Of a stretch of 64,000 bases of DNA, positions 51,618 through 62,887 are shown piece by piece. The stretch lies in contig NC_068981.1 in the NCBI RefSeq assembly GCF_001194135.2, forward strand, positions 186,366,158 through 186,430,157, in the 5' to 3' direction. How positions within the stretch are numbered: position 1 is the first letter of the stretch; the number at the start of each line of letters is the position of its first letter. Under the pieces are notes generated by a model that saw only the letters and a program-made list of their open reading frames with translations, was not told where the DNA came from and did no database searches. Made by a program: the position numbers and the translations under genes. Origin of the DNA: Octopus bimaculoides (lineage: Eukaryota).

Positions 51618-52504
51618 TGCATGTATGTATGCAAGTATGTATGTAGTTGTGTTTATATATATATATATATACGAGTATCTTTTAATCGGAATTTCATTCA
51701 CAGAAAGCATGCGTGTAATTATTCACTCCATCTGAAATGGATAAGACCGTAACTGTAAATGTCAACCTGGTACGATTTTTATTCTTGTCCTTCGTTTATC
51801 ACATATAATGTTGGATGTGTTATGGTTTTTCAGGCAGGGATAGTTAATCTTGACTTTGCATGCGTTGAAGTTTAGTCATACATGTGTCTCCTTGTCTTAC
51901 ACTATCTAGAAGATGTTTGACCATAATCGGGGCAACATTAAATAGGTTTACTTTTTCCATTGCGGTTACAGATTTATTCCGCTATATTCACTGGACATTT
52001 ATACGCATACTTAAGCGTGAGTGAGATTCTAAGAAAAGGAATTTATTTTATATGCATGTTTGTATAGATGTATATGTGTGTATGTGTGTGTGTGGTCAAG
52101 AAGGTATCATACATATATGTTAGACGGTATCCAAAAGAACCAACTGTGTATTAAAATGCATTATTTTCTTTTCGTGTTGAAAGATATTCATATTCACCAA
52201 AATCCCTTAGGATATACGCATACAAATATTAAGATCTTCAATATAAACATATCGAAACGTATGCACCAAAATAGTAGATGTAATAGCATATCATAACAAT
52301 GGCGATACTACAATACATCCACCATTTATGATACAACGAATATGAAATTTTCATTCAAATGATATTCAATATATATGGTATTTGGTATGTGTAGATTTGT
52401 GGGCGAAAGCAAACATAGGCTTTTAATCTACTAGTACAGTACTACGGTACTAATGCAAATATGTACTAATGTTATACATATATTTATACATAGTCACTTT
52501 TTAT

Positions 52505-52978
52505 TTATTTCAATCAATCAGCTGCAGCCATGCTAGAGCACCACTTTGAAGGGTTTAGATGAGTTAATCACCCCCCACCCCAGTATCTGGTTTTGTTTTG
52601 TTTTGTTTTTTAGTCTATTTATTATGTCGGTCTCCTCTGAACAGCAAGGATGTAAAGAAAACATTACCGGTTGTCTAGTTGTGGAGAACTGACAAACTAA
52701 AACACACACGCACACATACACGCACAAACATCCACATACAACACCAACATCCACAATCATCCACATACAACGTACAAACATACAACGTACAAACATACAC
52801 ATACACACACATACATATACGATGGTTTCTTCAGAGATTTCATATCTCAAATTCGCTCACAAGGCATTGCTCACTCGGGGCTATAGTAGATGACCTTTGC
52901 ACAAGGTGCCACTCTGTAGGCATGAACACCTAACCCCGTGGTTACAAAGCAAATTTCCTGACTCTACAGCTATATCTG
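52505..52978 (-). mobile_element. SINE family A-related, full length, diverged
   Basis: GCAGCCATGCTAGAGCACCAC tail, CCGGTTGTC, CTCACAAGGC..GGGGCTATAGTAGA..CAAGGTGCCAC head side. Confidence 0.8.
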
Positions 52979-53146
52979 AAACTAATAATAGCACAGAAAC
53001 AAGCTGATCAACTGAGTGGTAGATTAACTCATTCTGTAGATGGTCGGACGAAGTGCCTTACAGAATGCAGTAACTCAGTTTTTGATTTAGACAACCACCA
53101 AGGTCAAATATGCCCTGCCTTTCTTCTATCTGAAACCTTAATCAAT

Positions 53147-53264
53147 TACGTTAAGGGTTCTCATGTTTGTGGAACCCTCGGCCACTTGCAGTTAATATCA
53201 CTAGCAGGCTGTTCCGTTGGTCGCATCAACTGGAACACACATCTATGTAACCGGTGGAGTGCCA
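53147..53264 (+). mobile_element. SINE family C, 3' fragment
   Basis: TACGTTAAGGG...GCCACTTGCAGTTAAT...GCAGGCTGTTCCGTTGGTCGCATCAACTGGAAC...GGAGTGCC. Confidence 0.85.
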
Positions 53265-54089
53265 GTTTAGGATGTATGGTTCAATGATGGCCAAAATCAA
53301 TCTCAAAGCTTCTATGTGTGTATCTAACATTTGTCTAACGCAAGTCACTCTTGTTATACTCTTTGGATAATTAGCTGCTATTACACCAAACCTCTCAAGT
53401 AGTAGCATTGTTAATACAGTAAATATTTAACGTGTTTGTTTATTAACTTTTTGCCTATCCAAGGAATTTTCATAAGTTTGTTCTGAATGTACATACTTAT
53501 TTTCAAACGTTTGCTTAATCCTTGCTTCATACGTAATGAGTAGAATTAAGCTTTCCTTTCTTAAGTTCCAACGTACTCTGGTGGTTGGCAAAAATTGGCA
53601 ATGTGTATCAGATACGATGCATAGAAGCCAGAGAAATATGTCCTGTGTGTTACAAGTGACACACAGAGTTAATTCTTCTTATAGACGAATCGTTGGATGC
53701 TACCTTCTTATATTATACGAGGTCAGATTGCGAGATCTCTTGCTCGCTATTTCGGCTCTGAAGTGCATGAACTTGCTAATAATTCGTTGTCACGATTTAA
53801 TTTAAATGTTTATTTAAATTATATTTCTTGACGTAAACTAAGACAAATACATACTGACAACTTCCAAGCTTGTAAGTTATTTGATATTGAATAAACCTGA
53901 CGATCTGGTAAATATCAAATTCAATTGCTAAGGTGATTTGTACAATATGGCTTTGTAAATCTCCACAAGTTTACCTCGTTTGAAAAGGACGTCAGCAACT
54001 GTTTACTTTCCAATTTTAGTTCAGCCATCGTTGAAAATAAACAAATTTATATTTAGAGTTGTATATAATCATTAATATCAATTAAAGAC

Positions 54090-54316
54090 GAGGTTGGTAG
54101 CTGGCAGAATCGTTTGTAGGGTGGGGAAAACTGCTTAGAGCTGCGTTCTTTTTTTTTTACGTTCTAAGTTCAGATTACGCTGAGGTCACTTTGCTTGTCT
54201 TCACTTTGGAGTCAATACATTAAGTACCAGTTGAGCACTAGGGTCGATGTAATCGACTCATAATCGCTCTCCACCACCCACCCCGAAAATGTTGTCCTTG
54301 GGCCAAAATTTGAAGC
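54090..54316 (+). mobile_element. SINE family B
   Basis: AGCTGGCAGAATCGTT...TAAGTACCAGTTGAGCACTAGGGTCGATGTAATCGAC...CCAAAATTTGAAG. Confidence 0.88.
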
Positions 54317-54321
54317 TATTC

Positions 54322-54532
54322 AGGCGACGAGCTGGCAGAATCGTCAGTACGCCAAGGAAATTGCTCAGCAGCATTTCGTCCGTCTTTACGTTCAGTGTTC
54401 AAATTCTGCCTGGATCAGATTTTCTTTTCGTCCTTCGGGGGTCGATAAAATAAGTATCATTTGATCACTGGAGTCATTATAATAGACTTGCTCACTCCCG
54501 AAAACTGCTGGCCTTGTGCCAAAATTTGAAAC
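54322..54532 (+). mobile_element. SINE family B
   Basis: AGGCGACGAGCTGGCAGAATCG...GGGTCGATAAAATAAGTA...CTGCTGGCCTTGTGCCAAAATTTGAAAC. Confidence 0.92.
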
Positions 54533-54761
54533 TAAAATTGATTAAGAGCGTGAGAAAGTAAATAAAAATCGATGATGGATAGTCTACATACACCAAACAG
54601 AATTATTAAAATTAATAGAATAAGAAAAATGGCATATTTTTCTTCTTCCTCGCGTAGACCTCGTTTCGGAGCCTTCGAAGAAGGGCTCTTCCAAAATGCC
54701 AAAATACAGCTCACTTCGCTGCACTCAAACTTACCATAAACGTTATTATTGTCAGGAAACC

Positions 54762-54976
54762 AAGGCAGGTGAGCTGGCAGAATCGTTAGCACGTTGGATG
54801 AAATGCTTACTGATATTTCGCCCGTCGCTACGTTTTGAGTTCAAATTCCACTGAGGTCGACTTTGCCATACGTCCATTTGGGTTCAATAAATTAAATACC
54901 AGTTACGCTCTTGGGTCGATGTAAACAACTAGACCCTCCCGCAAAATTTCAGGTATCGTGTCTATAGTAGAAAGGG
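54762..54976 (+). mobile_element. SINE family B (TATAGTAGAAAGG tail variant)
   Basis: AAGGCAGGTGAGCTGGCAGAATCGTTAGCACG...GAGGTCGACTTTGCC...AAAATTTCAGG...TATAGTAGAAAGG. Confidence 0.9.
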
Positions 54977-54995
54977 TTATTATTGTCAGAAAACT

Positions 54996-55199
54996 AAGGT
55001 AGGTGAGGTGTCATAATTGTTAGCGCATCGAACGAACTGCATAGTTATAATTCTTTCCACTCTTTGTGTTCCGAGGTTCAATTTGCCTTTCATCCTTTCG
55101 TATCGATAAAATAAAATTTCATTGAAGTACTAGTTTCAATGTAATCGACTTACCGCCATCGCTCCTTGAAATTGCTGGCCTTGGGCTCAATTTTGCAAC
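54996..55199 (+). mobile_element. SINE family B, diverged
   Basis: TTTGCCTTTCATCCTTTCG..TCGATAAAATAA...ATGTAATCGACTTA...AAATTGCTGGCCTTG. Confidence 0.82.
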
Positions 55200-55599
55200 A
55201 TTTACTATGTAATAACGAAGTATTAGAAGAATATTTTCAAGAACCCAACTTTTAAAACATCGGAACTATACCTATTTTACCCATCAGTAATTCTTAAGGG
55301 AACGTACATGATGCCTACGAAGATATATCTTTTCTATTCATTACAGAAAATTAACTCAGTCCATTTCTCGAACTCTCTTCTGCTCTTTATTTGCAGTCGC
55401 AGAACAACCTCTTTCTTTTCAATACAATAGACACTAAGAAATTATCTGTAATTCCAAGTATTTCCATATTACTTGCTCGTTAACCTCTGGTATTTATAGC
55501 GCATTGATTACATTACAAGACGTGATATATATAATTATACTATACTATACTATACTATCAAATCAACTCAACGTATATTTTACTATTTTCTGTCCACAG

Positions 55600-55659
55600 G
55601 TGCCGATATTGATTTCGAACTACTGAAATTACACATTTGAAAACAAAAACAAACCTAAG
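55600..55659 (+). other. Candidate 60-nt exon (low confidence)
   Basis: TTTTTACTATTTTCTGTCCACAG|G acceptor and AAG|GTAAGT donor; stops in all three frames. Confidence 0.25.
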
Positions 55660-55926
55660 GTAAGTTTTGAAATTAAAGTATTTAATATATTGTGAATTAT
55701 AGCCGTTCCTTTATTTCCGGATATTATTAGCTCAATCGATTCTATTCAATATATACAGATTCTGAAGGCACATAACTTAGTGGTTAGGGTATTTGATTCT
55801 TTGCCGTATAGATGACACTTCCTTTTTAAGATTTATATGTAATCTTAGGTATGTTACATGCAAGTATATAAATCGAAACCGATCTTTTTACTAGTAAAGA
55901 AGTGTATTAATATATTTTCTCCTTTT

Positions 55927-56126
55927 TCAATTTCCACCGAGGTCCATTTTGCCATTCATCCTTTCGAGGTCGATTAAATAAGTACCAGTTACGCACTGGG
56001 GTCGATGCAATTGATTTAATCCCTTTCTTCTGTCTTTGTTTGTCCACTGTATGTTTAGCCTCCTGTGGGCAATAAAGAAATAAATATATTTTCTCCTAAC
56101 ATAAGGCGGTGAGCTGGCCGAAACGT
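55927..56126 (+). mobile_element. 5'-truncated SINE B with extended tail, followed by a second B head
   Basis: TTCATCCTTTCGAGGTCGATTAAATAAGTACCAGTTACGCACTGGGGTCGATG...TTTAGCCTCCTGTGGGCAATAAAGAAATAA, then AAGGCGGTGAGCTGGCCGAAACGT. Confidence 0.85.
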
Positions 56127-56129
56127 ATA

Positions 56130-56325
56130 GACTCATAGAGCCGCTTTCCCGGTTTCTGAGACGTATATATTCCACCTGGAGGTGACGCCGGTCCCTTGCA
56201 GGAATACTCTATTTCGTCAGCTGCATGAACGCGAGCAACGTGAAATGTAATATTTCGTTCAAGAACATGATGCATTGACCGATCTAACAATCGAAAACAC
56301 AATCTTATGATCAGGACTCAAACAT
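56130..56325 (-). mobile_element. tRNA-head SINE with F-type tail
   Basis: CTCATAGAGCCGCTTTCCCGGTTTC..CGTATAT tail resembles 30407-30445; GAGCAACGTGAAAT...TTCAAGAACA is CORE-like. Confidence 0.7.
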
Positions 56326-56526
56326 ATCTCAAAAATATATCACATTAATTTGTATGATTTAATCGTTTTCTACATTAAATTTCTCTCCCTCTCTTTATAT
56401 ATATATATATACACCAGTGTAAGCACATAAATGTGAAACAAGGTGGGAAACAATAGTACTTGAATACCAGAGGTAGAGTAATATGCTTTATTATTAATGA
56501 TGCAAAAACAAAAGTATATATACATA

Positions 56527-57728
56527 CAGGGTGCGTAAGATATTTGAGGGCATATATTTATACAAAAATGCTATGAGGATAAAAATAAACCTTCTTTTCT
56601 ATAATGTTATTCAATAAAGCCACATTCAGCTTCAACAACTGCTTCTATATGAGATCTAAATCCTCTACATCCTCGAATCAAGTGGTCCTTGTTCATTTGG
56701 GACATTACTTTGATTATGGCAGCTTTCAAAGAATCTTTAGTGTTATGGTTGTGTTCATTGACTTCTCTCTCAAAATCGCTCTACATTTAATTGTGCAGTG
56801 GATTGAGATCTGGGGAATAAAGGGGTTATGCGATCATGAAAATTTTCAGCCATCCACTCCTATGTTACTAGAGCCATGTGTGATAGTGCACAGTCTTACT
56901 GAAATACATACTGCCTTCCATTGCATACACTGTCTATCCAGGGCTTAACAATTATTTCCAGGACCTCAATGTTGGTGGCAGAGTTAACTCAAATGCCTTG
57001 TGGAAAGAAGTAAGGAGGCATCACATGTCTTTCATTGCTGACAACCGCTAAAACCGTGACAGTTGCAGGAAATTTTGTATGCATAACACTTGGAACTTCA
57101 GAAGGGTCTGCACATAACCATCTGTCATTTCTTCTGTTAACTTTTTTGATTTTGGTCGAAGTTTTTCTCGTTTGAGAAAAACCAAGTCAAATCTTCTGCT
57201 AGATTTTTCAGTTTGTTTAAGAGCCTTTTAGATCTGATGTAGTGATTTTCTTTTGCTTTTTCTGACACATTGACCTTTCCTCATCGTATAAGACTGATGT
57301 CTTCATGGACAACATTTCTGACTGTTCCTTCTGACACATGGAGATCTTTTGCAATTGATCTCATGGATTTTCCGGGAATGTAACCAATGGTCTGTTTAAC
57401 TGGCTGGATGAATTCAGGTGTTCTAATAATTTCAGAATGTTTAGAATACTTTTTATGCATTGATACTGGTGATACGTTTCCATCTTCTGTCTCTAGCTCC
57501 TTACAAACTTCGCAGACGAAAGATCTGGCAGCTTTCAAAAATCGAGATATTTCTAAATCGCTCTGCTCAGCCTTTATAGCCACAATAACAGCATGCCTCT
57601 TCATTTCTTGAGTAAGCTGAGGGTTGCCATTATTTTTTTTTTTTTTTCTGAAACAAAGATTATACAGTGTTAGAAAAATTGCAGCAATGACCCTCAAAAA
57701 GGTATGTCCTCAAATACCTTACGCACCC

Positions 57729-57730
<2 letters not shown>
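56527..57730 (-). mobile_element. Complete defective Tc1/mariner-superfamily DNA transposon (maT/DD37D-like)
   Basis: 28-bp TIRs CAGGGTGCGTAAG(A/G)TATTTGAGG(G/A)CATA (26/28 match) at 56527-56554 and 57703-57730; TA on both sides (56525-56526, 57731-57732); transposase remnant inside. Confidence 0.95.
56607..57604 (-). pseudogene. Transposase pseudogene (HTH plus DDD catalytic domain)
   Basis: MKRHAVIVAI...RTPEFI..PGKSMRSIAKDLHVSEGTVRNVVHEDI / WFFSNEKNF / VMPPYFF / YVFQ*DCALSH / YSPDLNPLH ... VVEAECGFIE*. At least 4 frameshifts and several stops; first D is N and third D is H. Confidence 0.92.
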
Positions 57731-57772
<42 letters not shown>

Positions 57773-57776
<4 letters not shown>

Positions 57777-57992
57777 CGACCGGACTATCAGATGTTGTTA
57801 TACATTGTTGGTCACAATGTGGACTTCGCATTATTTTAACTTTCGAATATTGCCACTCCACTGGCGAGAGGAGGAGGTTAACATTCTCCCTGATCTGAAG
57901 TCTATTCCATTGCAGGGTGACAGATTTTGAGCTGGGGAGGCTGGAGCAACGAGAAGAGAAGTGTTTTGGTCAAGAACACAACGCGCCTCCGG
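57773..57992 (-). mobile_element. tRNA-head SINE, family E (head lost)
   Basis: GGAGCAACG...GTGTTTTGGTCAAGAACACAACGCG; tail CACATTGTGACCAACAATGTATAACAACATCTGATAGTCCGGTCG matches 32855-32900. Confidence 0.8.
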
Positions 57993-58566
57993 GGTAATAA
58001 TAATACATGAAGTGAAGCAGAACCAGTGTGTGGATGTTTGCTTCATATTGGCCGAGAGACCCTCCCAAGAGGCCCTTCTAAGATACAAAACTAAAAATTG
58101 TTTCAACTCACGTGTTCACATCAAGGAATCTTACCAAACCAATACCAAAACAATATATATTCATCGATAACCAGAATTTGTTTTTCTGTAGCCCAGAATT
58201 ATATTTCTAATTAAACTCCAGAATTTAACATATGGTTTGTACAAATGAGTAAAATATCTTTACAGATAAAGGATTTTCAACTGAAATATCGAACAGCCCC
58301 AATTAACGACCTAATTACAATAGATAGCACTAATTACGTGTAGTATACCTTTACGAAACGAAGGTTGCTCATTAGCAGTGAAAATAACGAACTACATTAA
58401 TCGAAAAATAAATGATCGTTAGTGATTGAAGTTAACGTAGCGGAATATATTTTTCATTGTATTTCATATAAATTCTTGATTGAAAAGACGCGTAGTTGCT
58501 ACTTTGAAAACTACAGTTGAGTTACGTATGCAATTTGGCTATTTCTTAAAAATGTGCCAAGTATAT

Positions 58567-58895
58567 CTTTGACTTGCTTCAATCACTGGACTGCGGTCAT
58601 GCTGGGGTACCGCGCTTGAAGGGTTTTAGTCGAACATTTTTTTAAAGCCTGGTAATTATTTCTATAGGTATCTTTTACTCAAACCAACGTACTTTATCAA
58701 GCGGTGTTGAGGGGGAAAAAGACAGACACATACAACTAGTTTTCACACAGTTTTTGTCTTTCAAATTCATTCACAAGGAATTGGTCGGTTCTTGGCTATA
58801 GCTGGAAACACTTGCCAAAAATTCCGTACTGTGAGAATGAACCCGAAACTACATAATGGCAGAACTAGCTTATTCACCAACAACCATATTTGCGT
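58567..58895 (-). mobile_element. SINE family A-related, diverged
   Basis: GACTGCGGTCATGCTGGGGTACCGC tail; CACAAGG..TGGTCGG..GGCTATAG..ACACTTGCC..TGAACCCGAAAC. Confidence 0.78.
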
Positions 58896-59009
58896 ATTCG
58901 AAATTACATTAATTATTGATGTATTAGATGTAAATATAAATACGTGAATATTTACTTACGTAGCAATATGTGAGGTTGGAGCGAGCAAAGCAGAGTTAGC
59001 AGATTCGTT

Positions 59010-59420
59010 AATTTCTTTTATACTCAGGGGCACAAGGCCCGAAATTTTGGGGGAGGGGGCAACTGGTACTTGATTTATCGACCCTGAAAAGATGAAAAGC
59101 AAAGTCGATCTCGGTGGAATTTGAACACAGAACATAAAGACAGACGAAATACCGCCAAGCATTTCGCCCGGCGTGCAAACGTTTCTTATTTCTTTATTGC
59201 CCACAAGGGGCTAAACATACAGGGGACAATCAAGGACAGACAAAACAATTAAGTCGATTACATGGACCCTAGTGCGTAACTGGTACTTATTTTATCGACT
59301 CCGAATGGATGAAAGGAAAAGTCGACCTTGGCGGAATTTGAACTCGGAGCGTAACGGCAGACGAAATAACGCTAAGCATTTCGCCCGGCGTGCTAACGTT
59401 TCTGCCAGCTTGCTGCCTTA
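59010..59420 (-). mobile_element. Dimeric SINE family B
   Basis: A full monomer with extended tail (59420-59186) is fused to a second monomer lacking its first ~15 nt (59185-59010). Confidence 0.9.
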
Positions 59421-60254
59421 ACAGATTCGTTAAATTGTCAGCAAAAATGCTTAGGGATATTCGTTCCTAATCTCTGAGTTCAAATCACACCGGTGTGTGT
59501 AAGTATTTGGGGTGTGCGTGCGCATGTGCGTTTATCCTCCGGTGATATATATCTTCAAAAGACGCAAACATTAGCAAGAAAAACAAATAAAATTGTTCTT
59601 CGGAACGAACACCGTTTGTGATATTTGTTCCACCGCCGTTACTTAGAGACTCCCTTGTTACTTTCTCCATCGTAAAATGAAAACCATTTAACTGGTCATT
59701 GGCTTGTTGCAAACTTGTACCTATCGATATTATTGTTCTCAATATGCGACTTAAAATGAAAATTCTTAACATGATAACCAACTAATCACTAGATACTCAT
59801 TATTCGTCACGAAGCTTTTAATGAAGGCTGATACTCTCTTAACTACTCCTGTTACAATAATTTAAAGGACATTTACGCATCTCTCACCAGTTATTGGAAT
59901 TTATACTTCAATATACTTTCAACACTAACATGTCATTAATGTAACAATCAATTGTATTAAGAACCAATAAATTTGCTGAAATTTGACCAGTTCAATAGTG
60001 TTCATAATTCATTTGAATTTTTAAAATGTTCTTCTATTCTGTAATTGATACCGTTTGAATGACAGCTTTCAGTGTCCATCACCGCTGAAGTTGATACTTC
60101 GAAACAACATTTTCTAGTGAATTGAAATTTCTTATGATAAATTGAGAATACTTACTTTCTTCGTCTGGTACTCTGTTAACAAACTGCCGACGACTACTAC
60201 GTTGCGTGAACTATTTATTGTATTAGGTATTGATTGCATATAACTTAAATAGTG

Positions 60255-60516
60255 TGCCGTATATCGGGCAAAATGCTTAGCGACATTTCGTCCCTCCTTA
60301 CGTTCTAAGTTCAAATGCAGCCAAGGTAGTCTTTGCTTTTCATCTTTTCAGGCTCGATAAAATAAGCGCTAGTTGAGCAGGCTGCTCTCTTGATTAGATC
60401 AACTGGAAAACCCGCCTGTCGGTGTAACCAACGGAGTACCTTGTATCCTATTTATTTTAATGTAATCGACTTACCCTTTCCACCAAAATTGCGGGCCTTG
60501 TGTCAAAATTTGAAAC
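60255..60516 (+). mobile_element. SINE B interrupted by a SINE C 3' fragment (60375-60458)
   Basis: B body to GTTGAGCA, switch to C tail GGCTG...GATCAACTGGAA...ACGGAGTACCTTGTATC, then B resumes at ATGTAATCGACTTA. Confidence 0.85.
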
Positions 60517-60540
60517 TGATATGTTGAATACCGTATATGC

Positions 60541-60780
60541 GAAGGCGCCAGGACTACTGGTTAGAGTCTTGCACTCACGATCCCAAGAACAAGGTTTCGA
60601 TTTACGAACCGGGCTGTACACTGTATTCTTAAGGAAAACACTGCATTTTACATTGCTGTGCAACCACATCGACATCTAACACGTGACACACTGTGCACCT
60701 GCGCTGGCAATGTCAATTTGGGGAAGTGAGTGCGATAACATACAACGCAAACATCATTGTAAACAAATTATTTACGCAGG
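60541..60780 (+). mobile_element. tRNA-head SINE, family D
   Basis: GAAGGCGC..GGTTAGAGT..CACTCACGATC..GGTTTCGATT head; tail TGTGCACCTGCGCTGGCAATGTCAATTTGGG. Confidence 0.82.
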
Positions 60781-61065
60781 TTTTTCAGTAGGAAATTGCT
60801 GTAACTTCATCTGTCGTTTACAACTGTACCCACCCATATGACCACATGTATTATGTATAACCTATATAATACAGTATATAGTTACGAGCTGTGTTCTGAG
60901 GCTATTTGAAACCTTCAAATGAATTGTGTGTTTGATGGCACGTAGACTGGGTCTAACAGAGTTAGATACAGTCCAAATTCTGCAAACTTTCCAATGTCTA
61001 TCATCATGTAGACTCTAGTAGGATTCGTGCCGTCTTTTGTTATTGTTTTAGGGGATTCAGTTATC

Positions 61066-61231
61066 AATCCTTTCTATTATAGGCACAAGGCCTGGTACTT
61101 CATTTATTGACCCCGAAAGGATGAAAGGCAAAATCGACCTCGGCAGAATTTGAACTCAGAAAGTAAGGAGAGGCGAAATACCGCTTAGCATTTCGCCCGG
61201 TGTGATAACGATTCTGCCAGCTCACCACCTT
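61066..61231 (-). mobile_element. SINE family B with internal deletion
   Basis: ATCCTTTCTATTATAGGCACAAGGCC|TGGTACTT...GACCCCGAAAGGATGAAAGGC...GATTCTGCCAGCTCACCACCTT. Confidence 0.9.
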
Positions 61232-61281
61232 TTGGGCGCTTTTGGCTGCTCTTTTATCTTTCGGACCCTGTACCCTATGAA

Positions 61282-61612
61282 GGTGTGTGGCTGAGTGGTT
61301 AAGGTATTCAGCTCACGACCTCACTACCGTGAGTTCGATTTCTTGCGGCGCGTTGTGTCATTAAGCATAACTTTTCATTTCAGATTGCTCCAGCTGAAAA
61401 AACAAAACAAAATGAGTTATAACTATTTCAAAGGGCCAACGTTGTCACATTCTGTGTAACGCTGAATCTCCCTGAGAACTACGTTAAGGGTACAAGTGTC
61501 TGTGGAGTATTCAACCACTTTCACGTTAACATCATGAGCAGTTTGTTCTGTTGATCAGATCAAATGGAAATCCTGCCGTTCTAACGACGGAGTACCTTGT
61601 ATCTTATTCATT
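61282..61612 (+). mobile_element. SINE family C, full length
   Basis: GGTGTGTGGCTGAGTGGTTAAGGTATTCAGCTCACG...GAGTTCGATT...CGCGTTGTGTC...GCTGAATCTCCCTGAGAACTACGTTAAGGGTAC...GTTGATCAGATCAA...ACGGAGTACC. Confidence 0.9.
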
Positions 61613-61680
61613 TTAATATCAAAATTCTTCCAGTTTAACAATTTTCCCCCACTTCCTTCCGGGCAATCGAAGTTGATACG

Positions 61681-61741
61681 CCGTGAGATTGATCCTGGAA
61701 CCGCAAGGTTACGAAGTGTGCTTCTTAACTGCACAGCCATA
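61681..61741 (-). mobile_element. Isolated SINE A-like head
   Basis: Minus strand ATGGCTGTGCAGTTAAGAAGC...CTTGCGGTTCCAGGATCAATCTCACG. Confidence 0.55.
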
Positions 61742-61936
61742 ATTAACTATATGTTGGCTCTGTGTCTCTACTTCTCTCTCACACACACACACACTACCCT
61801 CCTTTCATTTCACCTCTTTCTTGTTAGAAATCGATAATACCTCGACCAAGGTTAATGAGAAGAGCATGCTATTGTCTGAGCACGTTCATCACTATTTCCT
61901 GTGTCAAATGTCATTAACTTCAATTTCACTTTGTTT

Positions 61937-62018
61937 GATTCTTCTTCTTTTTCTTCTTCTTCTTCTTCTTCTACTTCTCCTTCTTTTTCTTCTTCTTCTT
62001 CTTCTTCTTCTTCTTCTC

Positions 62019-62049
<31 letters not shown>

Positions 62050-62200
62050 TTCTCCTTCTTCTTATTCTTCTTCTTCTTCATCTTCTTCTCCTTCTTCTTC
62101 TTCTTCTTCTTCTTCTTCTTCTTCTTCTTCTTCTTCCTCGTCTTCTTCTTCTTCTTCTTCTTCTTCTTCTTCTTCTTCTTCTTCTTCTTCTTCTTCTTCC
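61937..62200. repeat. Long (TTC)n purine/pyrimidine tract
   Basis: Direct reading; ~260 bp with occasional CTC/TAT interruptions. Confidence 0.97.
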
Positions 62201-62293
62201 GCGCTCTCACGCTCTCCCTTTTCCTACACACGCATTTATAGAACTAACTAATATTTATATACATCCTTCTCTCCTTTCTCTCTGCCTTCAGAG

Positions 62294-62361
<68 letters not shown>

Positions 62362-62842
62362 NNNNNNNNNNNNNNNNNNNNNNNNNNNNNNNNNNNNNNN
62401 NNNNNNNNNNNNNNNNNNNNNNNNNNNNNNNNNNNNNNNNNNNNNNNNNNNNNNNNNNNNNNNNNNNNNNNNNNNNNNNNNNNNNNNNNNNNNNNNNNNN
62501 NNNNNNNNNNNNNNNNNNNNNNNNNNNNNNNNNNNNNNNNNNNNNNNNNNNNNNNNNNNNNNNNNNNNNNNNNNNNNNNNNNNNNNNNNNNNNNNNNNNN
62601 NNNNNNNNNNNNNNNNNNNNNNNNNNNNNNNNNNNNNNNNNNNNNNNNNNNNNNNNNNNNNNNNNNNNNNNNNNNNNNNNNNNNNNNNNNNNNNNNNNNN
62701 NNNNNNNNNNNNNNNNNNNNNNNNNNNNNNNNNNNNNNNNNNNNNNNNNNNNNNNNNNNNNNNNNNNNNNNNNNNNNNNNNNNNNNNNNNNNNNNNNNGC
62801 ACACACTCACAGACACACACACACACACACACACACACAGAT

Positions 62843-62880
<38 letters not shown>

Positions 62881-62887
<7 letters not shown>

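Noticed and set aside
52175-52266. GATAT...ATATC-GAAACGTA-TGCAC resembling a decayed hammerhead
   Set aside because: The core reads TTGAAA rather than CUGANGA; too degenerate to call.
59485-59781. 98-aa minus-strand ORF
   Set aside because: No family motif, weak splice signals, and it ends in a CA repeat or SINE.
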